DNA of 64,000 bases from a virus. The notes beneath the pieces were generated by a model, which worked only from the letters and a program-made list of their open reading frames with translations, did not search any database and was not told the origin of the DNA. Below, piece by piece: positions 45,537 to 56,037 of this stretch (its first letter is position 1; each line of letters begins with the position of its first letter). Made by a program: the position numbers and the translations under genes. The stretch covers positions 1 through 64,000 of the IMG/VR virus record IMGVR_UViG_3300045988_178038; one strand, 5' to 3'.

Positions 45537-46881
45537 TTTCGAGTTTCCTGTCTCCGTTTATGGGAAATTAGAAAAATATAATGACGTGCTTTCAAAAGGA
45601 CGGTGTCGTATTTTTTATAAATACGGCAACCGCAATGGCACTTATATAACGGATGAGTTTTCTGAGAAACTTCTGTCAACAATAGCTTACGCGCCAGTCA
45701 AAGGTATTTATGAATATGATGATTTTACCGATCATGGCGCGCGGCGTTCTGAAGGACGAATTTATGGTATTGTGCCAGAAAATCCACATCTTCAATGGGA
45801 AGAACATGAAGATGAGGATGGGGTTGCGCGCGCATATGCTTGTGTTGATGTCCTGATTTTTACTGCACTTTATAAAGAAGCCAGCGATATTATTGGTAAA
45901 GCACAATCAATGGAACTTTATGAACCTTCCTTACAATACCACAGAGAAATTATTCATGGTCAACAATATATTGTTTTTGACGAAGGATGTTTCTTAGGAC
46001 TTCAAGTCCTAGGGAAGGATGTTGAGCCATGTTTTGAAGGCGCGGCTTTTTTCCAATTACAGGAAAATATTGAAGAAGTTGTAAAGAAAATTCAAGAGAT
46101 TGAAATGACATATTCCAAAGGAGGACAAAAAGAAATGCCTCAGATGAATTTTAAGTTGTCTGATAGCCAGAAATTCGATGCTCTTTGGTCTTTGCTCAAT
46201 CCAAATTATACAGAGGAAGGCAATTGGACAATTGATTATGCTATTTGCGATGTATATGACGAGTATGCTCTAGCTTATAGTTATGAAAATGCGCAATATG
46301 AACGTGTTTATTATACTAAAAATGATGAGACCGATAGTGTAGCTCTTGGTGAAAAAGTTCGTGTTTATGTTGTCGATGTTACTGAAAAGGAAAAGACCAC
46401 TCTTGACACACTGCGCGACCTCAATGGCGGAACGTATGAGCTTGTAAATGAAAATCTTGAGCACGCGCAAGAAAATGCTGAAAAAATTTCTGGTTTTGAA
46501 CTCAAAGTTACCGAGTTAGAAAATAATATCGCAACTTTGAATACAGAGAAGTCTGCAGTTCAGTCAAGTTATGAACTTGAGCATCAAAAAGTTGAAAGTC
46601 TAACTGCTGAAAATGAAGGACTAAAACAGTATAAGCTATCCATCGAAGCAGAACAGAAGAATGCGGTTTTCACAGAGTATAAGGATAAACTTTCTGAAGA
46701 AATTCTTGATACTTATCGTGAGAAGGCAGCAGAATATTCTGTCGCTGACCTAGATAAAGAATTAGCTTATGAACTGAAGAAAACAAATTTCTCTTTCTAT
46801 GAGAAAAAGGATAATGGTTATTTACGCAAAGATGTCCAGAAGAATGGCATCGACGAGATTCTTGCTCGTTATGTAAAGTAA
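45529..46881 (+). CDS. putative prohead protease / scaffolding protein
   Basis: Lies between portal and capsid genes; the C-terminal 150 aa is a heptad-rich coiled coil (ELKVTELENNIATLNTEK...). Confidence 0.45.
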   Translation: MNNFEFPVSVYGKLEKYNDVLSKGRCRIFYKYGNRNGTYITDEFSEKLLSTIAYAPVKGIYEYDDFTDHGARRSEGRIYGIVPENPHLQWEEHEDEDGVARAYACVDVLIFTALYKEASDIIGKAQSMELYEPSLQYHREIIHGQQYIVFDEGCFLGLQVLGKDVEPCFEGAAFFQLQENIEEVVKKIQEIEMTYSKGGQKEMPQMNFKLSDSQKFDALWSLLNPNYTEEGNWTIDYAICDVYDEYALAYSYENAQYERVYYTKNDETDSVALGEKVRVYVVDVTEKEKTTLDTLRDLNGGTYELVNENLEHAQENAEKISGFELKVTELENNIATLNTEKSAVQSSYELEHQKVESLTAENEGLKQYKLSIEAEQKNAVFTEYKDKLSEEILDTYREKAAEYSVADLDKELAYELKKTNFSFYEKKDNGYLRKDVQKNGIDEILARYVK

Positions 46882-46902
46882 TAAATTTTTGGAGGACTAA
46901 AA

Positions 46903-47457
46903 ATGGCTACTAAGAGATTAGTAATCGACGGTTATGGCCAGGTTGAGCTAAACAACGTTGCCTTCCGTCGTGATGGACGTATCGTGGCTCAGTGCGCGCC
47001 CGATGCTACTGATTTTGCTTCTGTCCCAGTCGAGAATGGTATGATTCTTGCTGTTGACGAGGCTAACCGCACTGTAAAGTTTGCTACTGACAATTCTCTT
47101 CCTCTCGCTCTGGTTTATTCTACTGAGCATATGTATGACGAGAGAATGCCTGGTCTAAAGAATTTCAAGCTAAATGGCTCTGATGACTTCCTACCTCGTC
47201 TAGGTTATCCAGCCGTTGGCGATAAGTGGCATACTAACACTATTTGCTATTCTGACGCAGAATATACTAATGAAACAGCGCTCATTACTGCACTAAAGGC
47301 ATATAAGACTGCTGCTGTTTATGGTAAAGTTGATGCTACTGGTGCTGTTTGTTTGACCGCCACTGCTCCTACCGTTGGTCTAAAGCTAAAGGTTGTTGAG
47401 TATGGCACTATGCCCGACGGTCAGAAGGGCGTAAAGCTACAAGTTTTAGATGTGTAA
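46903..47457 (+). CDS. head-associated protein (decoration or accessory; hypothetical)
   Basis: Strong RBS TGGAGG; highly expressed-looking codon usage; precedes the capsid gene. Confidence 0.45.
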   Translation: MATKRLVIDGYGQVELNNVAFRRDGRIVAQCAPDATDFASVPVENGMILAVDEANRTVKFATDNSLPLALVYSTEHMYDERMPGLKNFKLNGSDDFLPRLGYPAVGDKWHTNTICYSDAEYTNETALITALKAYKTAAVYGKVDATGAVCLTATAPTVGLKLKVVEYGTMPDGQKGVKLQVLDV

Positions 47458-47472
47458 TAGGAGGGTAATAAA

Positions 47473-48528
47473 ATGACTATTGCTGAACTACAAGAAATTG
47501 CCCTTCACGCCGTAAAGGGCACTGTACCTGCCACTTATGCCAATAAGGAAGTTGATATGCAGGCCGCTTTTGCTGATGGTCTTAGCGAGCTAATGGGCTC
47601 CTACAATCAGTTTATGAAGAATCGTTATGACATTTATGAAATTGTCATGAAGGCCTATAACGAAATTCTTCCTGCAAAGGTTATTGATGCCATTGGCGCT
47701 TTTGCTGATGTCCAAACCACGAAGAATGGCGAGAAGGTTGTGTTCAAGGTCCGTAAGGGCAAGCTGCGCGCCAAGAAGTTCCTAACTCAGGCTGCTATCA
47801 ATGGTGTCTATGAGACTTTCCGTCTTGATTCTGATACCTTTACGCTCAATATGCACAATGTCGGTGGTGGTGTTTCTGTTGACCTACAACGTGTTGCTGA
47901 TGGCGCTGAGTCTCTAGCCGAGTGCATGGCTATTCTAAATGAGGGTCTAACTGACGCTGTTTATTATGAGGTTTATAAAGCCCTCCACGCAGCTATCAAT
48001 GCCTCCGCTCGTCCTACCGCTAATAAGGTTGACGTTTCTTCTTGGGATGCTGAGAAGATGGTCAAGCTAGTCAATGTTGTTCGTGCTTATGGCAATGGTG
48101 TTGCTATTTTTGCTCCTCCTGAGTTCATTGGCGCGATGGGTGCTGACGCCATTGTTTCTGGTATTGCCAATACTACCAATGGCATTTATCATCCTCAAGA
48201 TATTGATGCTATTCATAATACTGGTTACATCAATATCTTCCGCGGTTGCCCAGTCGTTCCAATTCGTCAGTCCTTTACTGACGAGAGCAATGAGAAGACT
48301 TGGATTGACCCACAGATTGCTTATGTTCTTCCCGCTGGCGGCGAGAAGGTTGTCAAGGTTGGACTTGAAGGTGGCTCTCTAATTCGTGACTACCAGAACC
48401 GTGATGGTTCTACCGAGATTTATGCTGAGCAGAAGATGGGCTGTGCTATTCTTGCTCATCATAACTGGGGTATTTATAGAAATACCGGTATCGAGCAAAC
48501 TTACGAGAACCCCTACGTCAATCTTTGA
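47473..48528 (+). CDS. major capsid protein (by position, size, strong RBS, downstream terminator)
   Basis: 351 aa; RBS TAGGAGGG; followed by an 11-bp-stem terminator. Confidence 0.6.
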   Translation: MTIAELQEIALHAVKGTVPATYANKEVDMQAAFADGLSELMGSYNQFMKNRYDIYEIVMKAYNEILPAKVIDAIGAFADVQTTKNGEKVVFKVRKGKLRAKKFLTQAAINGVYETFRLDSDTFTLNMHNVGGGVSVDLQRVADGAESLAECMAILNEGLTDAVYYEVYKALHAAINASARPTANKVDVSSWDAEKMVKLVNVVRAYGNGVAIFAPPEFIGAMGADAIVSGIANTTNGIYHPQDIDAIHNTGYINIFRGCPVVPIRQSFTDESNEKTWIDPQIAYVLPAGGEKVVKVGLEGGSLIRDYQNRDGSTEIYAEQKMGCAILAHHNWGIYRNTGIEQTYENPYVNL

Positions 48529-48550
48529 TAAATCCCTACGATATATAATA

Positions 48551-48584
48551 GATGGGGGAGGTAGCTCCTCCTCCATCTTTTCTA
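48551..48584 (+). terminator. intrinsic terminator/attenuator after the capsid gene
   Basis: GATGGGGGAGG/CCTCCTCCATC stem (one G-T) followed by TTTTC. Confidence 0.7.
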
Positions 48585-48611
48585 AATTTTGGAGTAAAAG
48601 GAGTATTCATA

Positions 48612-49085
48612 ATGTCTAAGGTAAAAATTATTAGTAAGTATTCTGGTTCAATTTTGGTAAAAATTCCAGACTTGAATTTCCGTCGTGAACTAATTGCGCG
48701 CGGTTCGTCTTTTACAGTAGATAGCGAGCTTCTGCAGGAAATGATGTATGATTATGGCTTCCGTTATATGATAGAAAGCGGAATGCTTTATATCGATGAT
48801 CTTCAAGTCAAGAAAGACCTGGGGCTTGAACCAGAAGATGCTACAGAGCCAGTCAATCTAATTCCGCTAGAAGAGCCTCAAATGAAGCGCGCGATGACGG
48901 TTATGCCAATCAATGAGTTCAAGGCATTTATCAAAAAGCTCACATATGAACAAATGCTTGCGCTATCTGATTATGCTATTTATAACGAGCTAGGAGATTT
49001 TCAAAAAGCACAAATTATCAAAGAAGCTTGTGAAAAGGATATTCTAAAAGCGATTGAACTAAATAGGCAGGCTAAGGAGGGCTAA
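48612..49085 (+). CDS. hypothetical head-module protein (157 aa)
   Basis: ATG 48612 behind AAAAGGAG; the upstream part of track ORF 48552 overlaps the terminator. Confidence 0.55.
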   Translation: MSKVKIISKYSGSILVKIPDLNFRRELIARGSSFTVDSELLQEMMYDYGFRYMIESGMLYIDDLQVKKDLGLEPEDATEPVNLIPLEEPQMKRAMTVMPINEFKAFIKKLTYEQMLALSDYAIYNELGDFQKAQIIKEACEKDILKAIELNRQAKEG

Positions 49086-49088
49086 TAA

Positions 49089-49520
49089 ATGGCGACTCCT
49101 TTACAAACAGTATATCAAGCTTTTTTGTCAAAGATTTTAGAGGATGAGTGGCAAGGATGGTCACAGGAAGAATTAGAGGCTGATTTAGAAACACTTCTAA
49201 CTGGCGCCGTCACTCGTTTCAAGTTCCCCCGCAAATCTCTTGAATGGAATAACGAAGGTTTCATTGAAGATTTAGACAACGAAGAAATTCAAATTTTAGC
49301 TTGTTATATGAAAGTAGAATGGCTCAATAGGACCATTCTCTGCTGGGAAAATGTAAAACCTCTTTACGAGGAAAGAGACTTTTCTCAAGCAAATCTTCTT
49401 GATAAGTTTGACCAAATGCTAAAAACAGAACAAAAGACTGCCGCGCAGTTAGAAGCAATTTATTATCGTTCTATAAAGCGGAAGCCCTTTGCTTATCGTA
49501 AGTTGGCCGAGCAGTCATGA
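49089..49520 (+). CDS. putative head-tail connector protein (143 aa)
   Basis: Position after the capsid block; RBS AAGGAGGG. Confidence 0.45.
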   Translation: MATPLQTVYQAFLSKILEDEWQGWSQEELEADLETLLTGAVTRFKFPRKSLEWNNEGFIEDLDNEEIQILACYMKVEWLNRTILCWENVKPLYEERDFSQANLLDKFDQMLKTEQKTAAQLEAIYYRSIKRKPFAYRKLAEQS

Positions 49521-49786
49521 AAAAAGAATTTGCTGAAGGATATATCAACAAGCTAAAGAGCAAACTTTTTGGTCTATTGTGTGAATTTGAAAAGAATGGC
49601 GAGTGGGAAAAATTTCTTGATTCGATCATTACTGAGCTTCTTGGTTTTCCAGAGGATTTACGCACGATAAACTATTATATTTTGTTGGCTAAAATTTCTT
49701 CGCTTCGTTATCTTCGTTATGAATATTTTCGCAATACAATTTTTAGTTGTATGACTTTATTGGGGAAGACTGATGAACTATTATGA
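49517..49786 (+). CDS. hypothetical head-tail joining protein (89 aa)
   Basis: ATGA overlap with the previous gene. Confidence 0.45.
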   Translation: MKKEFAEGYINKLKSKLFGLLCEFEKNGEWEKFLDSIITELLGFPEDLRTINYYILLAKISSLRYLRYEYFRNTIFSCMTLLGKTDELL

Positions 49787-50501
49787 TATTTATAATAAGC
49801 GACTGAATCGCTATGGCAATGATTATCAGTCACGACTTCAAGGGAAGCGCGAACATCAATTTGAGTTATACCTCTCTCGTTCTGTTTATTATACAGTTTT
49901 CAAATACAATAACACCGATGTTGAAGGTAGTTTTGAACGCTATAAACAAGATGAGACAAAAGCTCTTCATTATCTTTTGACAAAAATTGAAGTAAAAATT
50001 CCAAACGGAACGGTTCTTATGATACCGAATAAAGATGGAATTGAAGAACCTTGGATGGTATATTATCTTGAACGAATAAAAGCAAGTGGATATAACCGTT
50101 ATATTATGCTTCATATGACTCACTATTTGACCTGGACCGCGCGAGATGGTTCAACCCAAAATACTTGGGCTTATATGTATGGTCAAGAAAACAATATGTT
50201 GATAGATGAACTTCGTTCAAGAAGTCGAATGGATACTCTTTATACAGAGAATTTGAAGACTAGTTTCTTCATTATGCCAAGAAATCAATACATAAAAAAA
50301 GACGATTATTTTATTGTCGGTGAAAAACCTTTTCAGGAATATTATCGAGTAACAGGATACGATTTTCAGTCAAGCGAAGGAGTTGAATATGTAACAATTG
50401 ACCCAGTTTATGAATTTGATTTGACACCCGCGCCTATGAAGCAAGAGAATGATACAGATGAGGATTTCTTTTGGCTGAATGGAGGGGAAATAAATGATTA
50501 G
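49773..50501 (+). CDS. hypothetical head-tail joining protein (242 aa)
   Basis: Overlapping start, GGGGAAG RBS. Confidence 0.5.
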   Translation: MNYYDIYNKRLNRYGNDYQSRLQGKREHQFELYLSRSVYYTVFKYNNTDVEGSFERYKQDETKALHYLLTKIEVKIPNGTVLMIPNKDGIEEPWMVYYLERIKASGYNRYIMLHMTHYLTWTARDGSTQNTWAYMYGQENNMLIDELRSRSRMDTLYTENLKTSFFIMPRNQYIKKDDYFIVGEKPFQEYYRVTGYDFQSSEGVEYVTIDPVYEFDLTPAPMKQENDTDEDFFWLNGGEIND

Positions 50502-50982
50502 AAATCTAAGAGAAATTGGGCCTTATCTTCAAAAAATTGTTACTAGACTCCAATCAAATCAAAATCTTCTCAAATATCTTTATTATACAGATAAAGATCC
50601 TTTAGCAAATCAGAACTTATCAAAGAAACAGATACAGGAAGAAATTTTCAATGAATTGATAAAAATCGTTCCTCGTGTGGGACCGAAAGAAACTGCAAAA
50701 AGTTTGATTTCTATCCGAGTGGTGAATGGACATCAAAATGATGCTAATAATCAAATTGAAGATTTATCTGTCGCTATTGAAGTTTTTGTTCCTATGACTC
50801 AATGGATTATCAAAGATGAGAATCTTCGCCCATTTTGTATAATGGGAGAAATTCAGAATTCTTTGAACGGGAAGAATATTGATGGTCTCGGTCGAGTTCA
50901 TGGTGGAGATTTTGCTGCTAATTTTTTTACAGATGAAATTTCCTGTTACGAAATGACATATTCTTTTTCACTATATGATTGA
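50494..50982 (+). CDS. hypothetical tail-completion-like protein (162 aa)
   Basis: RBS TGGAGGGG; overlaps both neighbours. Confidence 0.5.
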   Translation: MIRNLREIGPYLQKIVTRLQSNQNLLKYLYYTDKDPLANQNLSKKQIQEEIFNELIKIVPRVGPKETAKSLISIRVVNGHQNDANNQIEDLSVAIEVFVPMTQWIIKDENLRPFCIMGEIQNSLNGKNIDGLGRVHGGDFAANFFTDEISCYEMTYSFSLYD

Positions 50983-51724
50983 TGAAAGAGTTTTTCTTGG
51001 CTTCCCTAAAAATTTTGATAATCTCTGTAAAATATATCCGCCCAAGATAAAAGATGTAATTGGGAATGATAAATTCCCTTTATATAAAAGAATTCTTACT
51101 TTGTCTCAAGAGGAGATAGAGGACGAATTCACTGAGAAAGGGTTAGATTTAGCCAATATGTTGTCACCTTTTGAAACATTATTTACCAATGCTTATAATA
51201 ATGAAGAAATGCGACAACTGACCAATGACGCTTTTTTCTTTTTTATTCATGAACCAATAATGCTTCTTTATGAGCAGAAAAAAATTATTATTGGGGACAT
51301 TGAAAAAGTTTTGAAAAAAATTGAAAAAATTGATGATTTGAAGATTATTGATGATTCTAATTTTTTCAATTTTCAGAATGAAGTGCGCGCGATGCTTGGT
51401 GAAAAGAAAATTGACCCTCCCAATCCGAATGAGGATCCGCGCCTAAAAAGGATGAAGGCCAAAGCTCGTTATCGTGATAGAGTGAAAGCAAAATCAGGAA
51501 AAGGTCTCCAATTAGGTTCATCACTGGCTTCACTTTGTTGTATGGGTTTTGGACTAAATCCACTTTCTCTTGGAGAGTTGAGTTATGCTTCAGTTCCAAT
51601 TTTGATACGTTACTATCAAGAAAAAGAAAAATATCAATTTGATGTTGATAGCTTACTTGCTGGCGCTGATGCTAAAAAAGTAAAACCCAAATATTGGGTT
51701 AGAAACATTGATATGGATGAATAA
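50975..51724 (+). CDS. hypothetical protein (249 aa)
   Basis: Translationally coupled to the previous gene. Confidence 0.5.
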   Translation: MIDERVFLGFPKNFDNLCKIYPPKIKDVIGNDKFPLYKRILTLSQEEIEDEFTEKGLDLANMLSPFETLFTNAYNNEEMRQLTNDAFFFFIHEPIMLLYEQKKIIIGDIEKVLKKIEKIDDLKIIDDSNFFNFQNEVRAMLGEKKIDPPNPNEDPRLKRMKAKARYRDRVKAKSGKGLQLGSSLASLCCMGFGLNPLSLGELSYASVPILIRYYQEKEKYQFDVDSLLAGADAKKVKPKYWVRNIDMDE

Positions 51725-51746
51725 ATTTTTTATAGGAGGCTATAAA

Positions 51747-51773
51747 ATGGCTGATATTCTAAGTCGTTATGGT
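51747..51773 (+). CDS. exon 1 (nine codons, MADILSRYG) of the putative major tail protein
   Basis: RBS TAGGAGG 7 nt upstream; the frame stops two codons later inside the intron; the splice point is inferred after GGT, as in the tape-measure intron. Confidence 0.5.
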
Positions 51774-52977
51774 AGATAAAATGCCACCATAAGAAGTAAT
51801 TCTTATTGGAAAAATCTTGTGAATTGCTGGAAGATTCTAAAGCTAACTGACTACAACGTAAGAAGTAATTCTAAGCGTGAGAGTGAAAAAATAGTTAGAT
51901 AGTGAACTCGAAGGAGGTCTAAAATGGACAATCAGCAGCTAAGCATCAATTCAGAAATATATTATAGAAAGCCTACTAGTGGGAATGGTTTTATTTATAA
52001 ATACACAAGTCCATCTGGAAAGAGTTATATTGGAAAAGCAATAGGAACTTTGAAAAAGAGAGCTATAAATTTAGTCTCTGGGATAGGGTATAAGAAATGT
52101 CCTCTTTTTTGGCGAGCAATAAATAAATATGGATTTTTGAATTTTCAGGTAGAAATAATTGAAGAAGCCCCTTTATCAATTTTAGGCGAAAAAGAAATTT
52201 TTTATATTGAAAAATATAATACAAGAAACCCCCATGGATATAATATTGCTCAAGGTGGAGAAGGGGGGCAAAAGAAAGAGGTTTATGTATATTCGGCGCA
52301 GAATGGAGAATATGTTGGGCATTATTCAAGCTTGACGGAGGCTTCAGTGGAAACAGGAGTTCCTATTGAAACAATCAGTATAATAATGAAGCAGCAAAGA
52401 CGAAAACAGGCTCACAATTTGATTTTTTTGGATAGCTATATTGAAAGATATGATATAAATAATTTAGCTCGAAAAAATTATACAAAAGTTTTTGTATATG
52501 ATAAAAACGGGAGCTACGTAGGCAGTTATAGCAGTATTTCTAATGCTTCGAAAGAATTGGACATATCAGAAAGTGCAATAACACGAGCACTTGCCGGCAC
52601 TATTTTACATGCTTCATTTTTTCAGTTTAGAAAAGAAAAAGAAGAGTATTTACCTCCAATTCCCAAAAATTCAAAAAGCCCGATTCCTGTATGCCAAATT
52701 GACCCAAAGACAGGAGAAATTCTAAACAGATTTAGTTCTCTTCAAGAAGCTGGTCGAGCGGTCGGATTGACAAGTGGTAGTGGAATAAAAAAAGTAATTA
52801 CAAGAGGTAAAGGAACTAGTGGTGGATATTTCTGGATAATTGATGAAAGTTCAACGACTAAGTAGAGCAAAATCCTAGCTCTCTGTGCAAGACCTCCAAT
52901 TTTATTGGAGGAAGATATAGTCTAATCTTAGGCGAAAGTCTAAGCAGCATTTATCTAGTCACAATAAATGCGGACAG
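51774..52977 (+). mobile_element. group I intron with GIY-YIG homing endonuclease (3-prime end somewhere in 52970-52989)
   Basis: AATTGCTGG (51822), CAATCAGCAGCTAAGC (51929-51944), GTTCAACGACTA (52849-52860), AAGATATAGTC (52912-52922), same core as the terL and tape-measure introns. Confidence 0.7.
51924..52865 (+). CDS. GIY-YIG homing endonuclease (I-TevI-like) with three NUMOD1/IENR1-type HTH repeats
   Basis: GFIYKYTSPSGKSYIGKA, R..., EKEIFYIEKYN, GYNIAQGG; repeats VYVYSAQNGEYVGHYSSLTEAS, VFVYDKNGSYVGSYSSISNAS, VCQIDPKTGEILNRFSSLQEAG. Confidence 0.85.
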   Translation: MDNQQLSINSEIYYRKPTSGNGFIYKYTSPSGKSYIGKAIGTLKKRAINLVSGIGYKKCPLFWRAINKYGFLNFQVEIIEEAPLSILGEKEIFYIEKYNTRNPHGYNIAQGGEGGQKKEVYVYSAQNGEYVGHYSSLTEASVETGVPIETISIIMKQQRRKQAHNLIFLDSYIERYDINNLARKNYTKVFVYDKNGSYVGSYSSISNASKELDISESAITRALAGTILHASFFQFRKEKEEYLPPIPKNSKSPIPVCQIDPKTGEILNRFSSLQEAGRAVGLTSGSGIKKVITRGKGTSGGYFWIIDESSTTK

Positions 52978-52989
52978 ATTGGGAACCTG

Positions 52990-53709
52990 TTGAATGTTAT
53001 GATTAAGGAAGTTTGTGACTTCACTCTATATGATATCAATGACGACGGTTCTATTGGCGCCCCTGCGCTATATCTGGATACTCTAAAAATTTCAACCGTC
53101 GAGCAAACAGCTGATAGCACTTCTGCTCGTGGCGGCAAGGGTAACAGTGAATTGATTATGTGGGACTTCGGTCGTGAAATTACCCTAAACCTTCAGGATG
53201 CTCTTTTCTCTGCTAAATCTATGGCAATCATGTTTGGTGATGCTGATGGCGCTTCTGCTCCTGCTGATGGTTCTGTGCTTCGTACTTGGAACCTAACTAA
53301 GCTTGGTACTCTTAGCGCTGCTCCTACTCAGCTAGATCTAGGTCTTGGTAAGAAGCATACTGTTTCTGCTAGCGCTGTTTATTATACGGCTACTGGCTCT
53401 TCTAGCTCTGAATGGAGTGCTAATGCTGTGTATATCACCGACAAGGTTACCACTAAGGATCATACTGAAATTGTTATCAATGCTGAGACATTCCCCGGAA
53501 CTTATGCTTGTATTGGCGACACCTACTGCCGCAGTGAAGATACCGGTAACGATAGCTTCTTCCAAATTCAAATTCCAAAGGCAAAGATGCTTTCTGACGT
53601 TACTCTAACGATGGAAGCTGAGGGCGACCCAACTGTCTTTGATATGCAGATGAAGGTTCTCCGTCCAAAGAACGGCGAAATGATGAAGCTAGTCAAGTAT
53701 GATATCTAA
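52990..53709 (+). CDS. putative major tail (tube) protein, exon 2 (true exon start 52971-52990)
   Basis: No RBS or ATG context of its own; strong codon bias; followed by a strong terminator; lies upstream of the tape-measure gene. Confidence 0.5.
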   Translation: MNVMIKEVCDFTLYDINDDGSIGAPALYLDTLKISTVEQTADSTSARGGKGNSELIMWDFGREITLNLQDALFSAKSMAIMFGDADGASAPADGSVLRTWNLTKLGTLSAAPTQLDLGLGKKHTVSASAVYYTATGSSSSEWSANAVYITDKVTTKDHTEIVINAETFPGTYACIGDTYCRSEDTGNDSFFQIQIPKAKMLSDVTLTMEAEGDPTVFDMQMKVLRPKNGEMMKLVKYDI

Positions 53710-53730
53710 AATCTGAATAGAGAAAATAGG

Positions 53731-53763
53731 GCGGTGGAGGTTGACCTCCATCGCTCTTTTTTT
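53731..53763 (+). terminator. intrinsic terminator after the tail protein gene
   Basis: GCGGTGGAGG/CCTCCATCGC stem (one G-T), loop TTGA, then TCTTTTTTT. Confidence 0.75.
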
Positions 53764-53773
53764 GGAGGATAAA

Positions 53774-54553
53774 ATGGTAGATTTATTTTCTTTCAAGGAA
53801 TTAGAGCCATGCTATTTGAAAGCTACTTATCCTATAGAGATTGGGAATAGAAAAATTGAAAAAGGAGAAGTCCTTGCTACTTTTGATAAAATTCAAATTG
53901 GAGCTTTGAAAGAAGTAAAAAATTTTGTAGCTGCGCGAGGTGGTTTTGATAATCGCGCACATGTCTATTGGGAAACAACAAAAGAACTTCCTCTTTCATT
54001 TTCTCAAGGAGTCTTTTCAAAAACTCAGCTGGCTCTTCTGATGAATTCAAAATTGGTGGACTTTCAGAAAGATGACCCTATTCCAGTCTTGTTTAGCGAG
54101 AAAATAGAAAGTGATGAGAATGGAGAGTTCAACCTAAAAGAAATTCCAATAAGACTCTTCTTATACGAAGAAAAAACTGGAGAAAAAATTTCTTTTGGGT
54201 TGGATGGAAAAAGAGTAAAAATTGAAAATCCATATACAGAAGTGGTAGCGCAATATACCTATAATTATATGGATGGTGCTTCTCAAATTCAATTGGGCAA
54301 GCGTTTATTGACTGGCTTCGTAGAACTTGAAGCTAGAACTAGAGTAAAGGACGATACAACCGGACAAGTTGTAACTGGACTTTTCAAAATTCCAAAGTTG
54401 AAACTAATGTCTGATTTATCTATTCGGCTGGGCGCGCAAGCTACACCGGTGGTTGCTAATTTCTCGGCGGTAGGCGTTCCAGTGGGTTCAAAAGGGAGTT
54501 CTTATGTAGGAGAATTCTATATTTTGAGTAATGATATAGATAGTGATTTCTAA
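53774..54553 (+). CDS. hypothetical tail protein (259 aa)
   Basis: ATG 53774 behind TGGAGGA; sits between the tail protein and the tape measure. Confidence 0.5.
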   Translation: MVDLFSFKELEPCYLKATYPIEIGNRKIEKGEVLATFDKIQIGALKEVKNFVAARGGFDNRAHVYWETTKELPLSFSQGVFSKTQLALLMNSKLVDFQKDDPIPVLFSEKIESDENGEFNLKEIPIRLFLYEEKTGEKISFGLDGKRVKIENPYTEVVAQYTYNYMDGASQIQLGKRLLTGFVELEARTRVKDDTTGQVVTGLFKIPKLKLMSDLSIRLGAQATPVVANFSAVGVPVGSKGSSYVGEFYILSNDIDSDF

Positions 54554-54558
54554 GTGAT

Positions 54559-54592
54559 ATCAGCATTAGTTTTCCGCTAATGCTGATTTTTT
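54559..54592 (+). terminator. intrinsic terminator
   Basis: ATCAGCATTAG/CTAATGCTGAT stem followed by TTTTT. Confidence 0.75.
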
Positions 54593-54607
54593 ATGTGGGA
54601 GGGAGAA

Positions 54608-55939
54608 ATGGCAGAAAAAAGAGTAATACAAATTGCCTTTGATGGCAATATAGAAAAAGTATCTTCTAAAATTCAGACCATTCAAAATGAACTTAGTAAG
54701 CTAAGTCTAGGTAAAGGCTTAAATCGTGAATTTGAAGATACTTTTTCTTCTTTGATGAGCGAACTAAAAAAGCTTCAAGGTTTGACAGATGGTAATAAAG
54801 TAGATTTTGTTGATGTAAAAAAAGTTGAGAAAAGCACCGATGCTATTGATAGACTTTATGATAGGCTGTCTCGTCTTGCAAGTTCTTCTGGAGTGAATAG
54901 TTCGCTTCTCAAAAATGATAAGAAGGCAATTGATGCACTGACTAGCGCGCGAACGAAATACAATTCGGTTACAGTAGCGGGACTAAAGGAGCAGCAACGT
55001 CTTCAAAAAGATTTAGCTAACGCTCAAGAAAAAACAAATTCTAAAGCTGAAAGAGCGCAATTTATTGATAATTTACGCGAACAAACTACTAATGCGTTAC
55101 TAAACGCGCAGAAGGAACTGGCTTCATTAGAAGCTCAATTGCGTGCAAAAGGCGGAAATAATCCAACTAAATACCTAAAAACAGATGGAGACGGCAACGT
55201 AGTTGGCGCAGATAAGAGAACCTCTCTTGGAAAGCAATACAATGCGCTAAAGGAGCAGTTGCCGCAGTTAGAAGCAGCGGCAAAAAGTGCTGAAAAAGCT
55301 GTTAAACCAAGTTTCGCACAAATTGAAGAAGAAGCGAAAAAGATTGCCGATGGAATTGATAAAGCCAAGAAGGCTCTTATTGACTTCAATAACACGCAGC
55401 CACAGAAACAAGCAAAAGCTTTTGTAGAGGTACGTCAAGAACTTGAAAAGATTAGCGGTATTGATTGGAAATCTCTTGGTATTGACCTCAGCAGCATCAA
55501 TAATATTGATGAACTAAATGATAAACTTTCAACTCTTTCTAGCGATGCTGGGGTTCGCGCGCAGCAAGTTCTTGAAAATATTCGGAATGCAAGTTCTGAA
55601 GGAGCCGAACCACTTAGGGCCCTAGGAAGAAATGCTCAAGCCGCAGGACAAGATTTACAAGAACTAACTGACCGAGATAAAGATATTCAACGTCTAACCG
55701 ATCAGCTAAAGAATTTCTTTTCAATTTCTAACTCTGTTCAATTGTTCAAACGAGCAGTTCGTTCTGCTTTTGAAACAGTAAAAGAACTTGACAGTGCAAT
55801 GACTGAGATTGCGGTAGTCTCTGATTTCTCTGTTGGTGATATGTGGGAGAGACTTCCAGAATTTACCACGCAAGCAAATGAGCTAGGCGTAGCAATCAAA
55901 GACACTTATAATGCTACCGCTCTCTATATACAGCAAGGT
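54608..55939 (+). CDS. tape measure protein, exon 1
   Basis: ATG 54608 behind GGGAGGGAG; long coiled-coil; ends ...ATALYIQQG where the conserved TMP core normally continues. Confidence 0.7.
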
Positions 55940-55948
55940 GGTCAAAAT

Positions 55949-55977
55949 TTGATTTTTCCATGAATTTTGGATATAAT
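55949..55977 (+). promoter_or_regulatory. promoter inside the intron for the HNH endonuclease gene
   Basis: TTGATT 55949-55954, 17 bp, TATAAT 55972-55977. Confidence 0.45.
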
Positions 55978-56037
55978 AATTTTAGAAGAAAGAGAACTTA
56001 CAAATGTCTTCTAATATATTATATAAAGGAGAAAATT

